This document shows, in pieces, positions 35,538 to 45,181 of a stretch of DNA of 64,000 nt; position 1 is the first letter of the stretch, and each line of letters starts with the position of its first letter. A model generated the notes under the pieces. That model did not search any database. It was not told where the DNA came from and saw only the letters and a list, made by a program, of their open reading frames with translations. This stretch comes from Flectonema sp. DT1601 (Eukaryota). The stretch is from NCBI GenBank assembly GCA_964019425.1, contig OZ025799.1, positions 1,116,001 through 1,180,000 on the forward strand. Reading direction: 5' to 3'. A program made the position numbers and the translations under genes.

Positions 35538-35957
35538 ATTAATTCATCGCTGAGCTGATGGGAGTCCTTTTTTAGAATTCTTTTCTCTTCCCTTTCAAAT
35601 TGTATTTGCGGAGATTAGCTCGCATCGTACCATATATTTCCAAATAGTTCGGTGTATGCAAGTGACTCTGTTCTCTTGTTGTACAATTCCCAATTGCTGT
35701 CCATTCACTTCTTTAATGTCCCTCGCCTTGTTTATTTATTCCCACTTTAGATTCCACCCGCCCTGTCTAAAATTTTAGTTAATGATTTCTGTGAGTATAT
35801 CCTCCGTTAGTATATTTCATAACAGGAAGATAAACCATCACAACCCCGGTGAGATCACCCATTGGAGTTAATCGACCTTCGTAGGATTCGTATTTGTGAG
35901 TTTGTTGCTCACCATTATTGACGTCAGGTGGAAGACAAAAGTTAACAACCAAACAAC

Positions 35958-36368
35958 ATGGCGAAGAAAAAAATGTCGAAAGCACAGCGTGCGCGTCTTG
36001 AAGAACAGCAGGAGCTTGAAAGAGCTCTTCAAGAGCAGCAGGAGAAACGGGAAATTGTGGAAAAAGGAAACGAACACAGCGACTTGTTGTCGATGTTGTT
36101 GAGGGGAGCTGGTCGACTTGTTGATCATCCGAACTTGGAATCTGCTGGACACCAATCGCTGACGTACGGTGACGCAACTGATTGCAGTGTGTGCGGTCGT
36201 CCCTGGGGAGATTTCTGTGCCTGTCTTGGCGTACCTCACAACGAACCTGACTTCTCAACATCAGCCTCTCCCTGGAGATGTAACAGAGCTGGCTCTCCAA
36301 TTATAGACCGCGAGGCTCAACAATCTCCAAAAAGGAAATTGATAAAACGCCGCTCTGTTACGAAGTAA
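35958..36368 (+). CDS. Small hypothetical protein (coiled-coil N-terminus, Cys cluster)
   Basis: 136-aa ORF; MAKKKMSKAQRARLEEQ..., CSVC...FCAC. Confidence 0.55.
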   Translation: MAKKKMSKAQRARLEEQQELERALQEQQEKREIVEKGNEHSDLLSMLLRGAGRLVDHPNLESAGHQSLTYGDATDCSVCGRPWGDFCACLGVPHNEPDFSTSASPWRCNRAGSPIIDREAQQSPKRKLIKRRSVTK

Positions 36369-37187
36369 CAGTTGCTGGCTTTGCTTTAACATTTCTTGTT
36401 TCTCTCAGAAGGTACTTCTTCAAGTCCTTCATTCTTATTAATAACCAGACTCTTTCTGTTCAATAGGACAGCAGCTTGCGAAGTTCTCGTCCATTCATTC
36501 TTATTAAACCACAACCAGTTCTCATGTAATGGCTTCGGCTCTTTCTTGTTGACTTCTTCTTTTTTTTGTTATCCACTTTGTGTTCCCTTTATAAGCTTGC
36601 GGTCATTTTGTATAAGACCACAGACACACATCCCTACTGATCTTGCAATTGTTCCTGTTGTCTTGTTTTTATTTTTATTGTTGGTTGTTTGATGATACAA
36701 TTTCAACAAAACCTCACTTTAAGAGATGCAGAAGATGAGCATCTTTTGTTTTGATAAAAAACCAAATCTTTTTTTCAATTTTCTTTTTTTGCATTCTGAT
36801 GAAGTAAAACTTTTGATCCCAAAAAAAAAAGTGTTTTCCTCAAAGTTGCAAAGGCCACTGTTGCCTGTTTTGGTTGAGCCACAGTTTCGAACGAAAAATT
36901 TTAAACATAAAGGAGGAAATGAACAAATGATGTTTCTTTTGACTCTACTTTCTCACCATTAACTTGGTTTGTATCCATGTGCTCCGACTACACAAGTTTT
37001 AGGTGTAGGGAGCATTGGCTTTATAAAAAAAAACCTTTCAGTTCTTTTTGCTTCACAATTTCTGTTACCAACACAGCACACCGAGATGGTGGAGTTTGTG
37101 ACAGCAAGATTTTATGAAGGGTAGCGTTGGAATGATTATTTTATTGTTTTCTGTCAGATTTATAGAAGAAGAAAAAAAGAAAACAAA

Positions 37188-37684
37188 ATGGCCAAGGGAA
37201 AGAGATCAAAGATCAAGCAAAAGCACAAGAGAGAGTTCAAAGAAAGAGTATGTTGTCTTAATTATTGTTTCTTGTAGTCGTCTTGTTCACCAGAAAAAAA
37301 CAAACAACAAAATCAGGTTGCTCCAGCTGTTGCTGCTCGTATCGCTGGATTAAACCAAAAGTTGATGACTGCTGTTGGTGGACGTATGTACTTATTGTAT
37401 TTGGTAGGAAGGGTTTGAGCTAAGCTGCTTTACAGGTAACATAAATACAACAAACAGCTGTGACTCAAACTGACGTTACGATGACCAACGTGACTCCAGC
37501 AGCACCAACGCCAACACCATCTGCTCCTGTTCCTCTGACCACAGCTACACTTTCAACTGGTGGGAATAAGAAACTGAGATCCACTGCGAGGAAAGTCATC
37601 AAAACTGTTTCTTCAACGAGCCAAAAGAAGGACAAGAAAATTAAAATTAATCTGACTGCTGCGAAGTACAAAGTGAAGCAGTGA
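37188..37684 (+). CDS. Small basic protein, LLPH/DUF2423-like; introns 37248-37316, 37384-37457
   Basis: MAKGKRSKIKQKHKREFKER N-terminus; two GTATGT...AG introns restore a single frame ending KYKVKQ. Confidence 0.6.
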
Positions 37685-38864
37685 GGAGGTTATAGAAAGT
37701 CTTAAGCTACTCTAACGCCTTCAGTTTGGTCGATCCATTCTTATCACACAAACAGTTAACAATCTAAAGGAGTCATGAGGGATCACTACTACCGTAGTGA
37801 ACTGTTCCTATGTTGGAATTGATTAGCAGTTCTGACAGAAGTCTTTACTTAAGGTCTGCCACCTCATGCTCTGCAATTGCTCCACCTTCTGGAGATCAAG
37901 AACCCTTTAAAGAGCAGGATCTTTTCCTCTGTCGAAAGACTTTGGGGGATTCGCTGTTTGTCTTCGATTGCTTTGATTCTGTTCCTCTTCGTCGGGATTT
38001 TTTCATGCAAACGAACGTAGTTTCAAAAGAGAGATGTTCTGATTCGTCTGAACTGACGAGTTTTTCTTTTTTTCACTTCTTTTTTCCTCTCTTCCTTGCC
38101 CTCCTTTTGTCATCAAAATCTTTACGTGAAATCATTTTTAGAGGTTGAAATTTTTTTTATCCCACTTGAACCTTTTTCTTTCGTTCTTTCAGATTACAAA
38201 AATGAAAATACTCTGATTACAAGTGCAGTTGGAGAAAACATTACTTTGTGGATTTGTTCAGTAGCGTGAACAGAGGTAGAGAAGGTTTCCGTGTAGCAGT
38301 TGGACATAGGGCAAGTGTAATTTTCACCTCAAATAGACATCATGTACTCTTAACTTTTAATTTACTTTTCAGGATGTAATGTAGGCCTTTGAAACAACAT
38401 CAGCAACAGCATGCAAGCAATTCTGATGCACTGACCCAAGTGATAAAGATTTCCTAAAAAATCGTGCCTGCAAGAGTCCATTTCTTAAAAGGTCTTGTAG
38501 ATCCTTCTCCGCATATTCTTTGCAAAGAAAAAACAGCTGCCACTTTTTTTCTGTGGCGTTCCTGGCGAAACCTACACTCTGCCGTATTACATTATACCCC
38601 TGGTTTTGGTTTCCCAGGGCTCACGATTAATTCGTAATTGAATAACTCGATTTCGTACTGCACTGAATGACTATAACACGGAAAAAGAGACATGTATGCA
38701 GATAAGTTAGAAACATTGATTATAATGTAGAGCAAGTACGGAGTGTTATTTTAGTCACTGTGTCATGAGTTTTTAATATTATTATTGAGTTCTGAGAGAT
38801 TTATATTTGTATGAACCTAATCAAACAAAAAGCCAATTGACATAGCTGTTGAAAAGAAAAAAAG

Positions 38865-38936
38865 CAACCGTGGCAGGACTCGAACCTGCAACCGCCTGAT
38901 CCGTAGTCAGGCGCTCTTCCATTGAGCCACACGGTC
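38865..38936 (-). tRNA. tRNA-Arg (anticodon ACG)
   Basis: Reverse complement GACCGTGTGGCTCAATGGAAGAGCGCCTGACTACGGATCAGGCGGTTGCAGGTTCGAGTCCTGCCACGGTTG folds as a cloverleaf; T7 run downstream. Confidence 0.95.
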
Positions 38937-39451
38937 AATAAATGGAAAAAAGCTTTTCTTTTTTTTTTTTTTTTTTGGTTACACTCGTCTGTGCTACCAA
39001 ACTCTTTGTTTTTGTTCTTTTCACTTCTATGTTTTGTCTTTCTTTTATACTTTCTTTTTGACTTAAGTCTGACAAATTGGAAAACACGGGAAACATAGGT
39101 AGGCTCCGCCTGAGGACGTAAGAAGAGCGGCAACGGAAAAAATAAATGGTCACGCGTCCTTGAAATTGGACACACGAAGCTAATTCGGTTACCATTCCTA
39201 CCATCGATAAGGAAAACAAAGAGTCGAGCATATAACTAGAGCGGTGGTCAAAGACCACTTGAACAGCCCGAAGGCCTGCCCTCAAGAGAAATTTATAAGG
39301 AGAATAGGAGAAGAAGGAGACAGGAGTGTTGGATGAGACACTGCGACAACACCGAAGGTGATGTGCAGTTACCCAACCAGGAGATGATTGATAATGATGA
39401 AAATACTAAAAATAATAACAAATTGATATTGGCGACTACATGTCACCTACT

Positions 39452-42400
39452 TTATTTCCAAAGTCTAAGGTTAGATGTCTGTTCCATCCACCTTATGATC
39501 AACGCGAGTGATGGAAGCCACGCCAAAGTGAAGAGAGCTTCAAGGTTAGGAATTTCGTTGGCAATAATAAGTTCCCGGTCGCGATCCCACTTGCCGGTCA
39601 GTGTTGAGAAGCCCAGGATTTTGAACCTGGCCGAATCGAGTTTGGGAGATTGACATCCCTGCAGCAGGTGAACCTGTGAGGACGGTTCGCCACAAAATGG
39701 GCAGTCGATCGTCTTGCGCCAGTTCTGAATTAGCGGGTGACATCCTGTCCGGAAGTTCGCTATCCGTATCTCGTCGGCTCTTTCCATCCCAGGAGGGTAT
39801 TTAACGGAACGGCCTCCGATGAGGTGCTTGTAGCAAGTGTAACCACTCACGTTAAGAAGATCTTTTTTGATGCAGCGCTTAACATGAGATGATCGCGAGA
39901 AGTACGTGCCTTTGACTAGCACAGGACGGATGTTCTTGTTGTGTGCTGCTTCCTTTGCAAGCGCATCAACTTCATCGTGAAATCCGATTCCAATGTGCGA
40001 GGGGATGAATTGCAGATGCACTTTCATTTCACACATGCGCAGGTATTCCAGTATCTTCAAGGACTCAGTGTTCTTCTGTCTGCACCTTCCACCCAGCAGT
40101 TCATCCAGAAGGGATTTTGAGTCCGTGAATATCCTCACAGATTTCATTGAAGTATCTTTGCTAAACACTGTTCTCAGATGTCTAGCCGCGTTCTTCAGAG
40201 CATGTTGTTCAGCCCTGTAGCTGCAGTCAGCTTGATAAAGCCTAGACGCGTAAGCAGATCGAAGGCCGCTACGTGACTTGGCAATATGAGCCGCACCGGC
40301 CGCGCCGGAAGCAGAGTAGGAGCCATCGCAGTTGATTACCATGTCGACAGGAGGTAACGTTCCAATGTACGACATGAATTTTTCTTTGTCCACCGCAGGG
40401 TTCGCGGACTTCGGAAATCCGCAGCCGTTGCTAATCCTAAGGTTTGTCGGAGATACCCAGGGTTCCATCGAGTCAGGCTGCACAAGGCACTGGCTTTCTC
40501 GCTGACTATCAGTGCCAGGGATTAGGCCAGCCCAGTAGCTTTGTGTTGAGGCGAGTCTGTTTGTATTAGGTATCCAAGTCATGGCTTTATACCTGTAGTA
40601 CGCAATTTTTGTCTGCTTTTCAATCTGACGTTTAAAAGGATACATGTCAGACTCCCACAACAGTAACTCTCTTGGCGTACACTTGCTGCATCCAGTAACC
40701 AGTCTGGCGACCTTCCTCAGTTCGAAGTCGATGCTGTCAACGCTGCTGCTTATCAGCCAACCAAAACTGTCAAGCGCATATGAGATTCTTGCGGTTACAT
40801 AAAGGTTCTTAACCATGTTAAGAGTCTTGTAGTCCAGTTCGTACGGCTGGAGGCACTGCAGAAGTGATATCCCCCTCTTTAATTCTTCGTGAATCTTGCC
40901 TACTTGTTTGTGGAAGGTGAGCCTGTCGTCGATGTGAACTCCGAGGTATTTTACTGAGTCGACTATCGGTAACAGAAAGGCAGTTTTGAATATTGCTCTC
41001 ACAACCATAATGCTGTCCTCACGAACGACGTATTGCAGCATCAAGTTGTCGAGTTCTTCTTGTGTCTTGATTGGGATTCCTCCAATTTCAAGAATCGTTT
41101 CGCCACTTTGAAGCATGGGTCTGGGTGATTTGAGATTGATATGATTCTCGATGTCACCATAGTCAAGTTTAAGCATGCGTTCCTCAACAGATCTAGAGAA
41201 AAGCAGTTCGCGATTACACGTATCGTTTAGTACTATGCCCTTCGAGCGAACATTCATCTTAAGCGCACAGGTTTTGGAGACCGATAAGGCCATGTCGTTT
41301 TCAAAACACCATTGATCCACTTTGTCGAGTACTAACTGAGCATTCGAAAGAGCTTCTTCCATGTTTGATCCTGACACCACACATGCTGTGTCATCCGCAT
41401 ACAGAGCAGACGTCGTTGTTTCCTTCTCCAGTTCCAAAATCTTGCAGAGGTCATCAACGTAGATAAGATAAAGAAGAGGACCCAGGATCGATCCCTGGGG
41501 AACCCCCTTAGCCAGAGTACGGAATTCGCTAAAATACCCATTCGCTTCAACTCTAACCTTCCTGTTTGTAAGAAAGTCTGTGATCCATCTGATAATAACA
41601 TTCGGAACACCCATCTTTACTAATTTTAATAAAAGTATCTTATGGTTGATCCTGTCAAACGCAGCAGTAAAGTCGAATGACAAGAACACTGATCTCTTTT
41701 CTTCCATGTGGCTCCTTACGATAGCATCTACTAGAACGGTGATCTGCTCGCAGGTATTTCTCCCCTTTCTGAATCCAGCCTGTAGTGGACTGAGCGACGA
41801 ATGTTTTGTGAGCCAGTGCATGAGTCGGTCATACACGAGCCTCTCCGCAAGTTTCCCAACAACCGAGGTGAGCGTTATTGGTCTGAAACTCTTTAGTTCA
41901 TTACGAGGTTTCCCTGCCTTGAACATGGGCTTGATTAGTCCCTGTTTCCATTGGTACGGTACTTTTGAAGTCTTCCAAGAAGTGTTAATAATTCTCAAGA
42001 GGTATTCCACTGTTGCCGGAGTGAAGTTTTTGATCATCTCATTGTGAACTCCATCAGGTCCTGCAGCCTTGCGGGTCTTCAGGTTCTTAATCGCAGCTTT
42101 AATTTCAGCCATTGTGAAATCACAGCAAATATCTATTTCATTATCACCTTCTGAGAGTGCGGGGGCCTCTAGCGATAATATTTCCGATTTCGAGACAAAC
42201 ATGTCCAAGAATGCTGATGGGAGATCGCAGTCAGAGATGTTGTTGACACTGATATCTTTACCAGCATCTTGCTGCAGTTCTTTGATCTTCTTAAACGCAA
42301 AGGCAAAGTTGTTACCCTTGTCAAGTTGATCACGTAGGTGGACACCCTTCGATTTGGTAGAATCAGGGGTTGACGTCTTCCACTTTCGTCTCCGTTTCCC

Positions 42401-43363
42401 TTTGAAAAGGAGACGTCGACGAATGAATTTAGCCGCCACTTCATGCAGTATGTTGTTAAAGAGCTTGGCATTCGCAGTTGCATCATCGGAGAGTCTTGAT
42501 TTTCTAATTCTCTTTTCGAGCATGGTCCCAAAGCAGTTCCAGTCCGTAGACTTGAAGTCCCATACAACGCGTTTCTTCGAACCTATCGTGGCCCGTGCAA
42601 GTTGGCACATGGGATCCAGTACGGTGTAGAGAGGTCGATGATCTGACCCATGTTTATTATCTTCTTCAATTGCACTAAATTCTTCAAGAACCATCGAGTT
42701 TGAAAAGAATACTACATCTGGCGAGGTACCACCCCCCGGGACGTCAGGAAAAGGCCTTGTGATTGACCCCATCTTGTTAGCAACCAGTAGATCATTTTGG
42801 GCTGCCCATGCATGTAGAGTTGAACCTGCTCTCGTCGATTTAAGTGACCACACCGGATGATGGGCATTAAAGTCACCCGCGACGATTGCTTTCGTTGAGA
42901 CTGGAAGATCTGACTCTCTGATCATGCATCCCGGGGGAGCATAAACATTGATGATGTCAATCTTTCCACCTATGTTGACCTTCACGACCTCGACATCATT
43001 TAAGTGTGGCGGAAGCTCCATGTTCAAACGCTGCTGAGTGTGGCATTTTTTCACCATAGAAATAACCCCTCCACCTCGTGTTGCCCTATCATTCCGATAG
43101 GTGAAATAGTCCGTGTGCGAAATTACATCATTCGTCCAAGTCTCCTGTAGGCACAGTACGTCAGGCGCATAGGCATTTAGCAGCTTGTGAATATAAGCGC
43201 CTTTGTTCCCCATCGATCGACAGTTCCAGCTCAGTAGAGATATGAGAGAGTTGTCAGGGCCAGGGTTGCGTTCGACGTCGCCTGCCTTTAGCAGCAGTTC
43301 ACGAGCCGTATCCTTTTCCACAAGTGAGTTGGTCGGACTGAGTTCATCCTCATCGTCATCTAG
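39452..43363 (-). CDS. Copy B ORF2: 2A peptide, APE, RT, RNase H, CCHC; no initiator AUG, in frame with ORF1
   Basis: LLLKAGDVERNPGP; SWNCRS, GDFNAH, SDHRPL; GVPQGSILGP, YADD, KYLGV; INCDGS, FTDSKS; CPFC...HLLQGC. Confidence 0.93.
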   Translation of the reverse strand, partial: LDDDEDELSPTNSLVEKDTARELLLKAGDVERNPGPDNSLISLLSWNCRSMGNKGAYIHKLLNAYAPDVLCLQETWTNDVISHTDYFTYRNDRATRGGGVISMVKKCHTQQRLNMELPPHLNDVEVVKVNIGGKIDIINVYAPPGCMIRESDLPVSTKAIVAGDFNAHHPVWSLKSTRAGSTLHAWAAQNDLLVANKMGSITRPFPDVPGGGTSPDVVFFSNSMVLEEFSAIEEDNKHGSDHRPLYTVLDPMCQLARATIGSKKRVVWDFKSTDWNCFGTMLEKRIRKSRLSDDATANAKLFNNILHEVAAKFIRRRLLFKGKRRRKWKTSTPDSTKSKGVHLRDQLDKGNNFAFAFKKIKELQQDAGKDISVNNISDCDLPSAFLDMFVSKSEILSLEAPALSEGDNEIDICCDFTMAEIKAAIKNLKTRKAAGPDGVHNEMIKNFTPATVEYLLRIINTSWKTSKVPYQWKQGLIKPMFKAGKPRNELKSFRPITLTSVVGKLAERLVYDRLMHWLTKHSSLSPLQAGFRKGRNTCEQITVLVDAIVRSHMEEKRSVFLSFDFTAAFDRINHKILLLKLVKMGVPNVIIRWITDFLTNRKVRVEANGYFSEFRTLAKGVPQGSILGPLLYLIYVDDLCKILELEKETTTSALYADDTACVVSGSNMEEALSNAQLVLDKVDQWCFENDMALSVSKTCALKMNVRSKGIVLNDTCNRELLFSRSVEERMLKLDYGDIENHINLKSPRPMLQSGETILEIGGIPIKTQEELDNLMLQYVVREDSIMVVRAIFKTAFLLPIVDSVKYLGVHIDDRLTFHKQVGKIHEELKRGISLLQCLQPYELDYKTLNMVKNLYVTARISYALDSFGWLISSSVDSIDFELRKVARLVTGCSKCTPRELLLWESDMYPFKRQIEKQTKIAYYRYKAMTWIPNTNRLASTQSYWAGLIPGTDSQRESQCLVQPDSMEPWVSPTNLRISNGCGFPKSANPAVDKEKFMSYIGTLPPVDMVINCDGSYSASGAAGAAHIAKSRSGLRSAYASRLYQADCSYRAEQHALKNAARHLRTVFSKDTSMKSVRIFTDSKSLLDELLGGRCRQKNTESLKILEYLRMCEMKVHLQFIPSHIGIGFHDEVDALAKEAAHNKNIRPVLVKGTYFSRSSHVKRCIKKDLLNVSGYTCYKHLIGGRSVKYPPGMERADEIRIANFRTGCHPLIQNWRKTIDCPFCGEPSSQVHLLQGCQSPKLDSARFKILGFSTLTGKWDRDRELIIANEIPNLEALFTLAWLPSLALIIRWMEQTSNLRLWK

Positions 43364-45022
43364 TCAGTTGAGATCAAAGTCCGAATCGTTACTTTCCATT
43401 TCTACGTCACGGTTTTTATCACTATCCTGCTTAGCAGCAGATTCGGTGGGCGGTGTTGTTGTTTGTGCTGTTGCTGGTGCTGGCGTTGGTGTTGGTGCTG
43501 ATGGTGCTGGCGCTGGTGTTGGTGCTGATGTCGGCTGCTGAGTTGGCTGTTGTGGTTGAGGAGTTGTTTTTTGTCTCTTCAGGGTTCCCGTTAGTTTTTG
43601 AGCCGCGTCGCCTGGGTTGTAGGTTGGGCCTAGCGGTTTTCTGTCAGTTCGTTTAACTTCTTTGTTTATTACAAGGTATTCATTAGTACCTATGCTTACG
43701 AAGTTGGGCGGTTGAGATTTCGCAATTGCAACAATTGTAGTACTCCCTCCTTTATGGAAAGAAGCAACAACTGTGTGTTCCCAGTTGTGTGAGGACTTCA
43801 AGAAGTCGCTGATCTGCGCTGTCGAGTACTTACGAATCGCCATCGAATTTATAACAAACCTGTCGCCCGAGGGCAGTGCAGGCTTGATTGCCGCGTTGAG
43901 CTTAATGCTGACCCTGATATTACAGTCAGGGTGGACTCGGAGTCCAAAACAGCTTTTAAACCTGCACATGTAGAATTTTCCTTTGAATTCATCAAGTGCA
44001 GAAGTCTTGGACTTCGCTGCCAGGAAGCCAAGGTCGTTTTTGAATTGCAACGTTGGCCAAACGTCACTTCCGTTCGACCAACTCGGGTTTCTGAAAAAGA
44101 CATTCTTGGGTTTGTCAGTTTCGGGTTCGCTGTTGTTGTATTCCAGAACCTCGTGTACTTGGTTTCTGGGGACTCTGAAAGCCATCGAGGTGTGGGACTC
44201 GTTCTTTCTGTAGCTAAAGGGGTCCGCCTTTATCTTCAATTTCTTTAGAATATCGGTCGTTTTGACGGTCAATTCTTTCTCAGCTGATTTTCCCCAGTCT
44301 TGGATGAATAGAACTGGGTTGGGAGTTGGAATCTGGTGGCTAGTTGCTGCTTTAGAAAAGTCGTCACCAAATACGTGCGTGTAAAATACGCGCCTGATCT
44401 CGCAGACGCCACCCTTTTTTATCACCGGTAATGCTACTGGAACGGTGCTCTTTGTGAGCGGGATTTTGCTGATAGCAGCCCAACGGCCGCTCTTCTTTGT
44501 TTGGCGGAGTGCTTCTAAGTCTAGCTTCGAACGAACTAAAACAAGACCAGAGGTAAGGTTGTTTGTAGCATTAGCTGCTACGTCGTAACTGATGGTGGCC
44601 ACAGTGCCTGCCCACGCACCGTGAATGTGCCACTCCGGGTAGCTTGCTTTTGCTTTTCCCTTCGTGGTTTGATTGTCCTTCATTGCTGTCGGTATCGGCA
44701 ATGAGAACGGCTTCGTACTCGTCTGTTGATTAGAAGCTGTAGATGCTCCTGTAGTTGGTTGGTTGACACCTGTGGTTGAGGGTGTCGTCGCTTCTGCTGC
44801 CGTCGTCGCGGTCGCTTCCGTCCCACCACTCCCATCGAGTGTGTCCGGTGTCCTCCTCTTCATCTCCGGGTTCCCACCTTCTGACCCAGCTACGAATTGA
44901 ACGATCTCCAGTAGGAGATTTGCCACCCTTCTTTCCTTCTCTTGCTCCGGGATCCCGTCTTCTCCCACTATCTTCAGGAGGTTTATTGCCTCCGATACCA
45001 ACCTCCTCAGGTTGTCTCTCAT
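43364..45022 (-). CDS. Copy B ORF1 protein
   Basis: Open frame from ATG 45022; homologous to copy A ORF1, with longer Thr/Pro-rich linkers. Confidence 0.85.
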   Translation of the reverse strand: MRDNLRRLVSEAINLLKIVGEDGIPEQEKERRVANLLLEIVQFVAGSEGGNPEMKRRTPDTLDGSGGTEATATTAAEATTPSTTGVNQPTTGASTASNQQTSTKPFSLPIPTAMKDNQTTKGKAKASYPEWHIHGAWAGTVATISYDVAANATNNLTSGLVLVRSKLDLEALRQTKKSGRWAAISKIPLTKSTVPVALPVIKKGGVCEIRRVFYTHVFGDDFSKAATSHQIPTPNPVLFIQDWGKSAEKELTVKTTDILKKLKIKADPFSYRKNESHTSMAFRVPRNQVHEVLEYNNSEPETDKPKNVFFRNPSWSNGSDVWPTLQFKNDLGFLAAKSKTSALDEFKGKFYMCRFKSCFGLRVHPDCNIRVSIKLNAAIKPALPSGDRFVINSMAIRKYSTAQISDFLKSSHNWEHTVVASFHKGGSTTIVAIAKSQPPNFVSIGTNEYLVINKEVKRTDRKPLGPTYNPGDAAQKLTGTLKRQKTTPQPQQPTQQPTSAPTPAPAPSAPTPTPAPATAQTTTPPTESAAKQDSDKNRDVEMESNDSDFDLN

Positions 45023-45080
45023 AATTGCTTTTTCCTGTGAAACGTACCCACTGATTCTTACCAATATTAGGTTGCGAAAT

Positions 45081-45096
45081 CAATAAAGTACAGAAA
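45081..45096 (-). other. Spliced-leader 3'-end remnant at the 5' end of copy B
   Basis: Minus strand TTTCTGTACTTTATTG, followed by ATTTC as in copy A. Confidence 0.8.
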
Positions 45097-45181
45097 GCAA
45101 GATGGATGCGACAAAAAGCTTTTCATTTTGTCGCATCCATCTTGTATATCTCTCATTTAGCTTTTTTTAAAAAAAAATAAA

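Larger units (their letters stand above)
38959..45097 (-). mobile_element. Full-length non-LTR retrotransposon, copy B (same family as copy A), inserted upstream of tRNA-Arg
   Basis: 18-nt poly(A) after ...GAGTGTAACC; TSD AAAAAGCTTTTC at 38947-38958 and 45113-45124; intact ORF1 and ORF2. Confidence 0.93.
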
